The notes beneath the pieces are model-generated. The model was not told the origin of the DNA. It saw nothing but the letters and a program-made list of their open reading frames with translations, and ran no database searches. Position numbers and translations under genes: made by a program. This document shows positions 46,615-56,434 of a stretch of DNA of 64,000 nt, piece by piece; positions within the stretch are counted from its first letter, which is position 1; each line of letters opens with the position of its first letter. The DNA is from an uncultured Ruminiclostridium sp. (GTDB lineage: Bacteria > Bacillota > Clostridia > Oscillospirales > Ruminococcaceae): the NCBI GenBank assembly GCA_934490165.1, contig CAKSTB010000008.1, forward strand, positions 3,095 to 67,094, written 5' to 3'.

Positions 46615-48225
46615 TTATTCCGAATAGTCTACCCACATCTCAGTAACATCTCCGTCACCGTTATGTTCCGCGTAAATATCACCCATAAGCATTGCATAGG
46701 TGTAATCTCCGCACTCCCACACCTCGCGGTAACGCTCGCGCACCTCCATAACTATGCCCTTTCCGAGCGCCTCGGCTATGTAGATATTATTTTCATCAAA
46801 GCCCGCGATTATCGCAATGTGACCGTCACAGCCGATAAGGTCGCCGACCTGTAATACCCCGCTTCGCATTACGTCCTCGTCAAGCCATACGCGCTTTCCG
46901 AAGTCGGAATATTCATAGTCATAATCGGGCGTATCTCCCGCGCCGACATCACCGAGCGGTACACCGCCGTTATACAGACACCACGAAACAAATCCCGAGC
47001 AAGTCATTCCGTTTGCATACTTTGCACCGGGAATAAGTCCGAATGCGTCCTCCCAGTTTGTGAGCGGTTCACCCCACGTTGCAGGTCCGTACAATATACC
47101 TTTTTTGTCAAGAAGCTCAAACTTGCTGTGAGTAAGATAAAGACCCTTGTGATAAAATCTGCCCTCGCCGTCACAATACGGTCTTTCGGGCTGTGGGTCA
47201 AGTCTGCCGTTTTCATAAAAATACGGTATCTTGTAATTGAATTCAAGCGGGATAAATCTCGCCGCCGCAACCACCCCTGCCCTCGTGCCGTAGCCTGCGG
47301 TATTGACGCGGCTTTCGAGCACGGCATCGATCAGCGCGCCCTCCTCCTCGGTGTACTGTCCCGCAGGTAAAAGCGGCTTTGTCGCTGTTATCTTCGGCGC
47401 TCTGAGCAAGTCGGTAACGGTAATTTCCAGGCTGTCCGAAAGCCCGCTTGCAGTAGTTGCCGTTACAGTCGCTTTACCCGCTTTCAGTGCGGAGATCACT
47501 CCGTCATTTACACTGACTGTTTTCGGCGCGGAGCTTTTCCATGTGACCGCTTTTTCTTTATCGCCGGGTTTGCCTACAGTATCCACCTGTGCGCACAGCG
47601 TATAATTCATTCCGACATTCATATATGTATCGGTCTTGCCTATTTTGACCGAGGTTACCGCGTCGACTTTTACCGTTATCTTGTCGCTCTTTGCAAGCTC
47701 GCCGCTGTCATTCGTGACATAAACGTAATACTCTCCCCCGGAAAGCTTTTCTTCCGCCTCTCCGCCGTCCGCAGTATTCCAGCTGTCCGTATCTGTAGTG
47801 TCTGTCTGTTCTTTATCGGAAATATAATAACACAGACCGTTTTTGGTATTGTCATCATTTTTACACTTTAAAGTTACGGTACGGGTAAAATCTTCATTTA
47901 TACTGTCGGATATATCGACAGATACTATAACAGGAAGCGGCAGTGAAGGCGGTTCTTTATCCGTTGTTTTCTGCACTGTAGTCAGTTGCGCAGCTGATAT
48001 CTCCGCAATAACGGGCTGACCGTTTTCAAGCAGTGCATATCCGCAGTACAGTGATATACCCGCGCAAAAAGATATGACTACCGAAAGCGATACAACACAG
48101 ACTGACCTGAGCCGTCCATGCCTTCTTACGGTTTTCTTTCGTTCATACTTTTCGGCGGAAACCTCCGCCTCTTCATTGGATACGGATTTTATCGGAGTTT
48201 TGATCATGGTGTTCAATCCATTCAA
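46615..48225 (-). CDS. Membrane-anchored cell-wall hydrolase with a Big_2 domain and a C-terminal NlpC/P60 (C40)-like peptidase.
   Basis: N-terminal TM anchor. Big_2 pattern VTWKSSAPKTVSVNDGVISALKAGKATVTATT. C-terminal catalytic-Cys context MTCSGFVSWCLYNGG and His context GDLIGCDGHIAIIAG. Confidence 0.78.
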   Translation of the reverse strand: MNGLNTMIKTPIKSVSNEEAEVSAEKYERKKTVRRHGRLRSVCVVSLSVVISFCAGISLYCGYALLENGQPVIAEISAAQLTTVQKTTDKEPPSLPLPVIVSVDISDSINEDFTRTVTLKCKNDDNTKNGLCYYISDKEQTDTTDTDSWNTADGGEAEEKLSGGEYYVYVTNDSGELAKSDKITVKVDAVTSVKIGKTDTYMNVGMNYTLCAQVDTVGKPGDKEKAVTWKSSAPKTVSVNDGVISALKAGKATVTATTASGLSDSLEITVTDLLRAPKITATKPLLPAGQYTEEEGALIDAVLESRVNTAGYGTRAGVVAAARFIPLEFNYKIPYFYENGRLDPQPERPYCDGEGRFYHKGLYLTHSKFELLDKKGILYGPATWGEPLTNWEDAFGLIPGAKYANGMTCSGFVSWCLYNGGVPLGDVGAGDTPDYDYEYSDFGKRVWLDEDVMRSGVLQVGDLIGCDGHIAIIAGFDENNIYIAEALGKGIVMEVRERYREVWECGDYTYAMLMGDIYAEHNGDGDVTEMWVDYSE

Positions 48226-48378
48226 GTGTTATTTTAGTTTAGATTTTTGGTATGTAATAAGTATAACATAAAATAATGAAAAATCAATCGAAAAAAGGTT
48301 ACAATTTGGTAACAATTTCATCAGTAGCTGTAATTCAATAAGATAAAAAATTATTTTTAAAAATTTTTCAAAAAACTC

Positions 48379-48409
48379 TTGACTTGGAGTGAACTCCATG
48401 TGATACAAT
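48379..48409 (+). promoter_or_regulatory. MerR-type promoter/operator, copy 2, reading rightward into the dxs-like gene.
   Basis: TTGACT (48379-48384), a 19-nt spacer with the dyad TGGAGT-GA-ACTCCA (48385-48398), then TACAAT (48404-48409). The 41-nt core differs from copy 1 at one position. Weaker similarity extends about 45 nt upstream. Confidence 0.6.
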
Positions 48410-48507
48410 ACGTTCGTAACAAACAAAAAAGCAGCGCTTAGCGTATTTATACGCACCGTCACGAGCGCTCAGCAATCTATAATTATAAGGAAAAGGAGAA
48501 AAAGAAA

Positions 48508-50265
48508 ATGTACCTTGAAAAAATCAACTCACCTGCCGATGTAAAGAAGCTCAGCACAGAAGAAATGAAAAAGCTTGCGCAGGAAATGCGCGATGCGCTT
48601 ATATTCAAGCTCAGTCGTCACGGCGGACACTGCGGTCCTAACCTCGGTTTTGTAGAAGCTACTATCGCACTGCACTATGTTTTCGATTCACCTACGGATA
48701 AAATGGTGTTCGACGTATCCCACCAGACATATTGTCATAAGATGCTGACCGACAGAAAGGACGGCTTCCTTTACGAAGAGCATTTTGATGATATTTCCGG
48801 CTACTCAAACCCCCGCGAAAGCGAGCATGACTTCTTCACAATAGGTCATACCTCAACTTCCGTGAGTCTTGCGCTCGGCCTTGCAAAGGCAAGGGATTTA
48901 AAGCATGAAAACGGAAATGTCATTGCCGTTATCGGTGACGGTTCGCTCAGCGGCGGCGAAGCTCTCGAAGCGCTCGACTACGCAGGAGAATTTGACGGAA
49001 ATCTTATTGTGGTAATAAACGATAACGATATGTCTATCGCCGAAAACCACGGCGGTATGTACAAGAACTTAAAGGCTCTGCGCGACGGCAACGGCAAGGC
49101 GGACACAAACCTCTTCACCGCTATGGGTCTTGACTATGTATTTGTTAAGGACGGCAACGATATCGACAGCCTTATTGCCGCTTTCGGTAAGGTCAAGGAC
49201 AGCAAGCGTCCGGTTGCTCTGCATATCGTGACCGAAAAGGGTAAGGGGCTCTCTTACGCCGAGGAAAACAAGGAAGACTGGCACTGGCATATGCCGTTTG
49301 ACATTGAAACAGGCAAGGCAAAGTACAATTATGACGGCGAGGATTACGGCGACCTTACAGCAAAAATGCTACTCGACAAAATGAAAAAGGACGAAAAGGT
49401 ATGCGTTCTGACTTCCGGCACTCCAACCGTTGCGGGCTTCTGGAAAGGCAGAAGAGATGAAGCAGGCAAGCAGTTTATCGATGTCGGCATTGCAGAAGAA
49501 AATGCGGCTGCAATGGCATCGGGCATAGCAACAGGCGGCGGAAAGCCTTTCTACGGCGTTTACAGCACATTCATCCAGCGTACCTACGACCAGATCTCAC
49601 AGGATATCTGCATAAACAACAGTCCTGTCGCAATAAGCGTATTTGCAGGATCTGTCTACGGTATGAGCGATGTTACACATCTCGGTCTTTATGACATTCC
49701 TATGCTGTCAAACATTCCGAACCTTGTATACCTTGCCCCCGCAACAAAGGAAGAATATCTTTCTATGATCGACTGGGCTATAGAGCAGAATGAACACCCC
49801 GTTGCTGTCCGTGTACCCGGCGGTGCGGTAGTTTCGGACGGCAAGGAAGTAAAGAACGACTGGTCGGATCTTAACAAGTATGAAATCACAAAGAACGGCT
49901 CAAAGATCGCCGTAATAGCACTCGGTGCATTCTATCAGCTCGGCGAAAAAGCCGCAAAGCTTATCGAAGAAAAGACAGGCACAGCGCCCACGCTTATCAA
50001 TCCTCACTATATCACAGGTATTGACAAGGAAATGCTCGAAAACCTCAAGAAAAACCACAATGTTGTGATCACGCTTGAGGACGGCGTTCTTGAGGGCGGC
50101 TTCGGCGAGAAGATCGCACGCTTCTACGGCGACAGCGATATAAAGACGCTCTGCTTCGGACTTGACAAGAAGTTCTACGACAGATACGATGTAAACGAGC
50201 TTATGCGTGAGGCTCACCTGACACCCGAACAGATAGCCGAAGACGCAACAGCTCTTCTGAAGTAA
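48508..50265 (+). CDS. dxs: 1-deoxy-D-xylulose-5-phosphate synthase-like transketolase-family enzyme, a short and divergent form.
   Basis: N-terminus MYLEKINSPADVKKLSTEEMKKLAQEMR. ThDP motif GDGSLSGGEALEALDYAG...NDN. Pyrimidine-binding and C-terminal transketolase domains are present. At 585 aa and with HGGHCGPNLG it differs from the canonical Dxs I recall, so paralogue status is possible. Confidence 0.75.
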   Translation: MYLEKINSPADVKKLSTEEMKKLAQEMRDALIFKLSRHGGHCGPNLGFVEATIALHYVFDSPTDKMVFDVSHQTYCHKMLTDRKDGFLYEEHFDDISGYSNPRESEHDFFTIGHTSTSVSLALGLAKARDLKHENGNVIAVIGDGSLSGGEALEALDYAGEFDGNLIVVINDNDMSIAENHGGMYKNLKALRDGNGKADTNLFTAMGLDYVFVKDGNDIDSLIAAFGKVKDSKRPVALHIVTEKGKGLSYAEENKEDWHWHMPFDIETGKAKYNYDGEDYGDLTAKMLLDKMKKDEKVCVLTSGTPTVAGFWKGRRDEAGKQFIDVGIAEENAAAMASGIATGGGKPFYGVYSTFIQRTYDQISQDICINNSPVAISVFAGSVYGMSDVTHLGLYDIPMLSNIPNLVYLAPATKEEYLSMIDWAIEQNEHPVAVRVPGGAVVSDGKEVKNDWSDLNKYEITKNGSKIAVIALGAFYQLGEKAAKLIEEKTGTAPTLINPHYITGIDKEMLENLKKNHNVVITLEDGVLEGGFGEKIARFYGDSDIKTLCFGLDKKFYDRYDVNELMREAHLTPEQIAEDATALLK

Positions 50266-50472
50266 GCAATGTAAATTCAGCAAGAAATATGACAAGCGCC
50301 CCGTGATTTAATCGGTCATGGGGCGTTTTTCCTCGCCCTGCAAGCATTCAGAAAAGCGGAAAACGCAGATAATCAGGAAAGACTTACAATTATTAGACAC
50401 ATTCTATTGACTTGAACATCAAAAAGGTTTATACTTATATAATGACGAAGAGCAGAAAAGGGGTGTGATATT

Positions 50473-52881
50473 GTGAGCAATTCAAAACAGAAAAGTGCCC
50501 GGATACTTGTTGTTGACGACTCTGCGATAAACCGCGAGATGCTCAGCGATATGCTGATAGAAGATTACGATATAACAGAAGCGGCAAATGGTGAGGAAGC
50601 ACTGAATATTCTTAAAGAACACGTATACGATATTGACCTTGTACTGCTTGATATAATAATGCCGGTGATGGACGGCTTCGGCGTACTTGAAGTAATGAAG
50701 CAATATCACTGGTTAGACGATACTCCGGTAATAATGATATCTACCGAAACGTCACGCAGCTTCATACGCAAGGCTTATGAGCTCGGAATTACAGACTATG
50801 TCCGCAGACCGTTTGACAGCTTTGTCATTCACAAGCGCGTATCTAACACCCTTATGCTGTACCGCAAGCAGAAAAAGCTGATCGGTGCGCTTGAAGAGCA
50901 GGTTTATGAAAACGAAAAAAACAACCGTATGATGATAAACGTTCTGGCTCATATAGTCGAATTCAGAAACGGCGAAAGCGGTATGCACGTTCATCACATA
51001 AAACAGCTTACGGCTATCCTTCTGCAAAAGCTGATGGAAAAGACCGACAAGTATCACCTTACGGAAAACGATCTGCTTCTGATAAGCACCGCCTCTTCCC
51101 TGCATGATATCGGCAAAATATCGATCGATGACAATATTCTCAATAAGCCGGGAAAGCTGACTGCAGAAGAATTTGAGATAATGAAAACGCATTCGGTTAT
51201 CGGTGCGGAAATGCTGCACGATCTGCACGAAACACATAACTACCCGCTTTTCGATAAGGCTTACGAAATATGCCGATGGCATCACGAAAGATATGACGGC
51301 AGAGGCTATCCCGATGGACTTATGGGTGAGGAGATACCGATAGCCGCACAGGTAACGGCTCTAGCCGATGTATATGACGCTCTGACAAGCAACAGATGCT
51401 ACAAGAAGGCTTACTCCCACAAAAAAGCGATGGAAATGATACTCGACGGTCAATGCGGCGCTTTCAACCCCTTGCTCCTCGAGTGTCTTAAAGAGTGTGA
51501 AAGTCAGATACTTGCCGAGCTTACAGACAAACTTGATAATACGCAGGACGACAGGCTTCTCCTGCGTGCTACCGAGGAGCTGGTCGAAAACAAAGTTTCT
51601 TCCGAAACGCTAAATATCAATTCTCATCTGCCTATTCCTGCAAGAGAACGCTGGAACTTCTTCTCTTCAGGCTCGGGTGAGATACAGTTTGAATACGATG
51701 CAGTGCTCGACGTGTTGAGACTCACATCGCAAGGTGCAGAACAGCTCGGACTTCAGGAAATGACAATGCACCCTAAAGGACTGAGACAAAACTATATCGG
51801 TGAAGACACTATAAACGAAATGCTTGAGTGCATAAATAACGCTTCTCCGACCGCTCCTACAGTCAGCATGAAAACACAGCTTGATCTGACAGGTCAGAAA
51901 CGGTGGTATGAAATACGCATACGCACTCTCTGGAACAATGAAGAGTACCCGCGGTACATAGGCGTTCTCGGCAGGATAATAGACATCAATGACCGTGAGC
52001 TTGCAATTGTGCACCCCGAATACAGGCTCAGTGCCGATGAGGACGGCGAGATAAGAGAAACAATAAACAGGCTTACAAATGTATTTGACGTTGTAAGGCT
52101 GGTGGATATAACCGATAATGAAGTGGTAAGATCCGGTTGTAAAGAGGGCAACGAGGATATGATCGATGTCTGCCGCGGTCAGAAATGCTACGCCATCTGG
52201 GGCAAGACGCAGCGTTGTAAAAACTGTGTGTCGGCTAAGGCTTTTGAAAAGCGCGGTCAGATGAGCAAGCTCGAATTTGCCGACGACAGCATATATCAGA
52301 TCATATCAAAATACGTTGAGATAAGCGGCAAGCCGTTCATACTCGAAATGATATATAAGGATAAAGACGGTGTACTGCTCGGCGCATACGGCAAAACCGA
52401 CTTTATGGATAATATAGTGAATTACAACCGTCAGCTGTATCACGACGCACTGACAGGCGCATATAACCGCCGTTATTATGAAGAGCAGACCAAGTCAATG
52501 CGGTACATAGACGCAGTCGCAATGCTTGACGCAAACGACTTCAAAGCGATAAACGACCGCTACGGACACGCCGCAGGCGACTGTGTACTCAGAGCAGTGT
52601 GCGAGAGCATCAGGAGCTGTATAAGAAGCAGCGATATCCTTATACGCCTGGGCGGTGATGAATTTGTGCTGCTGATGACCAATATTCCCGAAAAAATATT
52701 CCATCAGAAGCTCAAAGAAATAAAACAAAGCATATCTGAGATAAAATTTGAAGATTATCCCGATATAAATTGCACTGCCGCTATCGGCGGTGTATACGGC
52801 ATACAGCCGATAGAAAAAGCGTTAGCCGAGGCGGACAGACTTATGTACATTGATAAAAACGCCTCAAAGGAGGAAAAATGA
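50473..52881 (+). CDS. Multidomain c-di-GMP enzyme: receiver, HD-GYP, Cys-containing sensor-like domain, GGDEF.
   Basis: REC: ILVVDDSAINR...LLDIIMPVMDG. HD-GYP: LHDIGK...HHERYDGRGYPDGL. Cys motif CRGQKCYAIWGKTQRCKNCVSAKAF. GGDEF site RLGGDEF with I-site RSSD. Confidence 0.9.
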   Translation: MSNSKQKSARILVVDDSAINREMLSDMLIEDYDITEAANGEEALNILKEHVYDIDLVLLDIIMPVMDGFGVLEVMKQYHWLDDTPVIMISTETSRSFIRKAYELGITDYVRRPFDSFVIHKRVSNTLMLYRKQKKLIGALEEQVYENEKNNRMMINVLAHIVEFRNGESGMHVHHIKQLTAILLQKLMEKTDKYHLTENDLLLISTASSLHDIGKISIDDNILNKPGKLTAEEFEIMKTHSVIGAEMLHDLHETHNYPLFDKAYEICRWHHERYDGRGYPDGLMGEEIPIAAQVTALADVYDALTSNRCYKKAYSHKKAMEMILDGQCGAFNPLLLECLKECESQILAELTDKLDNTQDDRLLLRATEELVENKVSSETLNINSHLPIPARERWNFFSSGSGEIQFEYDAVLDVLRLTSQGAEQLGLQEMTMHPKGLRQNYIGEDTINEMLECINNASPTAPTVSMKTQLDLTGQKRWYEIRIRTLWNNEEYPRYIGVLGRIIDINDRELAIVHPEYRLSADEDGEIRETINRLTNVFDVVRLVDITDNEVVRSGCKEGNEDMIDVCRGQKCYAIWGKTQRCKNCVSAKAFEKRGQMSKLEFADDSIYQIISKYVEISGKPFILEMIYKDKDGVLLGAYGKTDFMDNIVNYNRQLYHDALTGAYNRRYYEEQTKSMRYIDAVAMLDANDFKAINDRYGHAAGDCVLRAVCESIRSCIRSSDILIRLGGDEFVLLMTNIPEKIFHQKLKEIKQSISEIKFEDYPDINCTAAIGGVYGIQPIEKALAEADRLMYIDKNASKEEK

Positions 52882-53222
52882 CACTTGAAGAATGCTACAA
52901 GGCACTCGGAGGAAGCTATACCGATGTGCTTTCAAGACTGATGAACGATAAGATGATAACAAAATATCTCGGCAAGTTCATCGAAGATACAAGCTACAAC
53001 GATATTTTCACAGCTCTTGAAGCCGGGGACTATGAAACGGCTTTCCGCGCCGCTCATACTCTCAAAGGACTTTGCCTTAACCTCGGACTTGATAAGCTGT
53101 ACAAATCGGCATATGATGTAACCGAGGCACTGCGCGGCAAGACGGACGAAACAACTCGGGATATGCTTGAAGAGCTGAAAGCCAATTATGAAAGCTCGGT
53201 TCTCGCTATAAAGCAGCTTTAA
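52878..53222 (+). CDS. Stand-alone Hpt domain protein.
   Basis: ATGA overlap with the upstream gene. Motif AAHTLKGLCLNLGLDKL. 114 aa. Confidence 0.85.
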   Translation: MTLEECYKALGGSYTDVLSRLMNDKMITKYLGKFIEDTSYNDIFTALEAGDYETAFRAAHTLKGLCLNLGLDKLYKSAYDVTEALRGKTDETTRDMLEELKANYESSVLAIKQL

Positions 53223-53267
53223 TAACAGACAACAGCCACACTTTCACAGCAGGGTGTGGCTTTTTAC

Positions 53268-53296
53268 TTGACGATAACCGCAAAAAAAGGTATAAT
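53268..53296 (+). promoter_or_regulatory. Sigma70-type promoter of nadA, with a dyad just downstream.
   Basis: TTGACG, 17 nt, TATAAT. The dyad CTTTTG (53315-53320) / CAAAAG (53329-53334) lies in the leader and is a possible NAD-regulator operator (unverified). Confidence 0.5.
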
Positions 53297-53412
53297 ATTT
53301 TCAGACGTTAGATCCTTTTGTCTATGGTCAAAAGACGGCTTTTGCCGATTTGATCTGCGATATCCGGATAAAAACGAAATGACAACTCCGCTTCTTAAGA
53401 AAGGGACAAACA

Positions 53413-54330
53413 ATGACAGTAAGAGAAATGCAGGACGAGATCCTGAGGATAAAGAAAGAAAAGGATATATGCATTCTGGCGCACGCATATCAGCGTCAGG
53501 ATATATTGGACGTTGCCGATTTTGTAGGCGACTCGTTCGCGCTAAGTCAGATGGCGGCAAAAGCACCTCAGAGCACAGTGCTTATGTGCGGTGTGCGCTT
53601 TATGGCTGAAACGGTCAAAATACTCTCACCTCAGAAAAAGGTAATTTTATCCGACAGCAACGCGGGATGTCCTATGGCTGAGCAGATGGATAAGGATCTC
53701 ATCTCACAGCTTAAGGAAATGTATCCCGACTACAAGGTAGTAGCTTACATAAACACGACCTCAGAGCTTAAGACCGTGTGCGATGTATGTGTTACTTCAT
53801 CAAGCGCAGTAAAGATAGTCAAAAAGCTCGACAGCGACAAGATACTCTTCATACCCGACTGCAACCTCGGCGATTTTGTTCAGAAGCAGTGCCCCGATAA
53901 GACGTTCAAGCTTGTAAGCGGCGGCTGTCCCACGCATCTGCGTATGACGGTAAAGGACGTTGAAAAGGCAAAGGCACAGCACCCCGACGCTCTCCTGCTC
54001 GTTCACCCCGAGTGTGCTCCTGCGGTAACTGCACTTGCGGACTATGCAGGCAGTACAACAGGCATTATGAACTATGCCAAAAAGAGCGACGCAAAAGAAT
54101 TTATAATCGGTACGGAAAACAGCATTGTCGAGCACTTAAGCTTTGACGAGCCCGATAAGAAGTTCTATCCCTTGTCGAAGGACTGCGTATGTCACAATAT
54201 GCACCTTACAAGCCTTGCAACGGTTTACAACTGCGTATGCGGCACGGCAGGCGAGGTAATTGAGCTTGACGAGGACGTAAGGCTCGGCGCAAAGCGTTGC
54301 ATAGATGAAATGTTAAGACTCGGCGATTAA
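53413..54330 (+). CDS. nadA: Quinolinate synthase.
   Basis: 305 aa. ILAHAYQRQDILDVADFVGDSFALS, VRFMAETVKILSP and three conserved Cys contexts (AGCPMA, GGCPTH, CVCHNM). Confidence 0.9.
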   Translation: MTVREMQDEILRIKKEKDICILAHAYQRQDILDVADFVGDSFALSQMAAKAPQSTVLMCGVRFMAETVKILSPQKKVILSDSNAGCPMAEQMDKDLISQLKEMYPDYKVVAYINTTSELKTVCDVCVTSSSAVKIVKKLDSDKILFIPDCNLGDFVQKQCPDKTFKLVSGGCPTHLRMTVKDVEKAKAQHPDALLLVHPECAPAVTALADYAGSTTGIMNYAKKSDAKEFIIGTENSIVEHLSFDEPDKKFYPLSKDCVCHNMHLTSLATVYNCVCGTAGEVIELDEDVRLGAKRCIDEMLRLGD

Positions 54331-54480
54331 CCGCCGGTATACGGTTTATAATAAACCTGTAATAATATGTCTGCTTGACTTTTCGGGCGGCGTGAATTAT
54401 AATAGAATAAGCAGAAATTTCCGCCCGAAAAGGCGGTGTTTTTGCAAAAGCATATATTCATAGTTGAAAGGAATAAAAAA

Positions 54481-55347
54481 TTGAATTTTAAAAGAAAAAT
54501 AGCGGCAGTACTGGCAGGAATAACAGCTGTAGCGGCATTCTCCGGCTGTTCATTGCTCGGCGGTCAGTCTACAAACGCACTCGGAAGCTACGACTTTACA
54601 CAAATGAACCTTATTCAGCTTGATAAGCCCGCTGACGGTCAGGACGTTGCAATAATAGAAACCAATGTCGGCACAATAACCGCCGTACTTTATGCGGAAT
54701 TTGCCCCCAATACGGTAGCAAACTTCAAAAAGCGCGCAGAGGAAGGCTTTTATGACGGAAAGCCGTTCTTCGCTTTACAAAAGGGCATATACGCGATAAC
54801 AGGCGCTTCAAACGATGAAGGCACAGAGGGCATCACAGATGACGGCAAGTATATTGAAAACGAATGCTCCGTAAATCTCTGGCCTTTCAAGGGTGCTCTT
54901 TTAGGCTACAGCTCACAGCAGGGCTACTCCGACAGCCGTTTCTTCTTCACAGGCGCTCTTGAGTTGACCGAGGAAAACAAGAAGGAGCTCAGGGGCTATA
55001 CAAATCAGGAAACAAGCGCTCAGGTAATACCCGAAGAGCTTATAACTGCATTTCAAAAGAGAGGAAGCGTCCCCGGCTTTGCAGGCGCTTATACGGTATT
55101 CGGTCAGATCATAAACGGCTTTGACGTGCTCGACAAGATACTGTGGACCAACTCTGACAAGTCAAATATGAAGCCGCTTGAAGAGCTGAAGATAGTAAAA
55201 GTAACGCTTGATACCTATAAGGACGGCAAGTTCACGATAGAAGAGCCGACATCGGATAAGTATCTTTCGGCGGAAGAAATCGAAAAGCTCCAAAACGAAT
55301 CAAACGGCACGACAAGCAGTGTAACCGAGTCAACATCATCAAACTGA
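54481..55347 (+). CDS. Cyclophilin-type peptidyl-prolyl isomerase lipoprotein.
   Basis: I place the start at TTG 54481 (LNFKRKIAAVLAGITAVAAFSGC, a lipobox), preceded by GAAAGGA. The listed start at 54436 lies inside the nadA terminator hairpin (CCGCC-CGAAAA-GGCGG, 54421-54436, plus TGTTTTT). Cyclophilin pattern: TVANFKKRAEEGFYDG...YTVFGQIINGFDVLDKI. Confidence 0.75.
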   Translation: MNFKRKIAAVLAGITAVAAFSGCSLLGGQSTNALGSYDFTQMNLIQLDKPADGQDVAIIETNVGTITAVLYAEFAPNTVANFKKRAEEGFYDGKPFFALQKGIYAITGASNDEGTEGITDDGKYIENECSVNLWPFKGALLGYSSQQGYSDSRFFFTGALELTEENKKELRGYTNQETSAQVIPEELITAFQKRGSVPGFAGAYTVFGQIINGFDVLDKILWTNSDKSNMKPLEELKIVKVTLDTYKDGKFTIEEPTSDKYLSAEEIEKLQNESNGTTSSVTESTSSN

Positions 55348-55380
55348 TAACAAATCGTAACGGTGAAAGGAACCGATAAA

Positions 55381-56307
55381 ATGAGGTTTAGGTCTTTATG
55401 CAAGGCTGCGGCGGCAATAACGCTGGCGGCGGCTATGATAACGGCAAGCGGCTGTAGCTCACAGAAAAGCGATAACACCGCAGAGATAACTGTAGGTCCG
55501 GGCGATACGCTCGCAGAAATGACGATACAGATAGGCGAAGAAACAGGCAAGATACGTTTCAAGCTGTTCCCCGAGGTCGCTCCTAAGGGCGTGGATAACT
55601 TTGTAAAGCTTGCCCAGAGCGGCTATTACGACGGTAAGACCATTCACAGAGTTATTAAGGACTTTATGATACAGGGCGGCTCACTCAGAGGAAACGGCAC
55701 AGGCGGAACAACCGCCGATAAGACCGAAATCCCGCGTGAAACAAACGACCGTATGAGAGCGTATTACGGTGCGCTCGGCTATGCGGAGAGCGGCGACGGC
55801 ATCAACAGCCAGTTCTTTATCATAAATAACAAGACACCCTTCGACATAGCCAAAACAGCCGAGAATATCTCGTCAGACCTTGAAGAATACAAGGACAGGC
55901 TGACGGAAGAGGATAAAAAGACATACACCGACTACCTTTCAAAGCTCAATGCGACCCCCGATGATGTAAGGGCAAAGTACCTCTCAAACGGCGGTGCATT
56001 CAGCATTGACGGCAACTACACGATATTCGGTCAGGCTATTGAGGGTCTTGATTTTCTTGACAAGATAAGCGATGTTGAGGTTTCCTCGGGAAACTCTATC
56101 GATGATGAACAGGGCATCGCATCAAAGCCCGCCGTTTCGGTTGTGATCAAGAAAATCGAGATAGCGACTATCCCGACAATTACCGAAACCGAGGCTACCA
56201 CTACAACAAGAAAGAGCATCAGACCTTCTGCCGCAACGACCCCCGCAGAGGTTACGACAACTGCGGAAACACCCGCCCCCGAATCCTCAACAACACAGTC
56301 GGAATAA
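55381..56307 (+). CDS. Second cyclophilin-type peptidyl-prolyl isomerase lipoprotein, with a Thr/Pro-rich tail.
   Basis: MRFRSLCKAAAAITLAAAMITASGC lipobox. GVDNFVKLAQSGYYDGKTIHRVIKDFMIQGG...YTIFGQAIEGLDFLDKI. The alternative GTG start is at 55363. Confidence 0.8.
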   Translation: MRFRSLCKAAAAITLAAAMITASGCSSQKSDNTAEITVGPGDTLAEMTIQIGEETGKIRFKLFPEVAPKGVDNFVKLAQSGYYDGKTIHRVIKDFMIQGGSLRGNGTGGTTADKTEIPRETNDRMRAYYGALGYAESGDGINSQFFIINNKTPFDIAKTAENISSDLEEYKDRLTEEDKKTYTDYLSKLNATPDDVRAKYLSNGGAFSIDGNYTIFGQAIEGLDFLDKISDVEVSSGNSIDDEQGIASKPAVSVVIKKIEIATIPTITETEATTTTRKSIRPSAATTPAEVTTTAETPAPESSTTQSE

Positions 56308-56332
56308 GTACATAGCGTAATATGACAGACAG

Positions 56333-56377
56333 CCGCGCCCCCTGATTTAAGTTCAGATCAGGGGGCGCGGTTTTATT
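56333..56377 (+). terminator. Rho-independent terminator.
   Basis: 14-bp stem CCGCGCCCCCTGAT / ATCAGGGGGCGCGG followed by TTTTATT. Confidence 0.8.
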
Positions 56378-56434
56378 GTGAAAGCTGTGCAAAAGCAGTC
56401 AGCTTACCTGCGGCACGGTTATGTTAAGTTCGGC

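Noticed and set aside
54436-54480. Listed GTG start of the first PPIase gene.
   Set aside because: The codon sits inside the nadA terminator hairpin (CCGCC-CGAAAA-GGCGG plus T-run). TTG 54481 has an SD and starts directly at the lipoprotein signal peptide.
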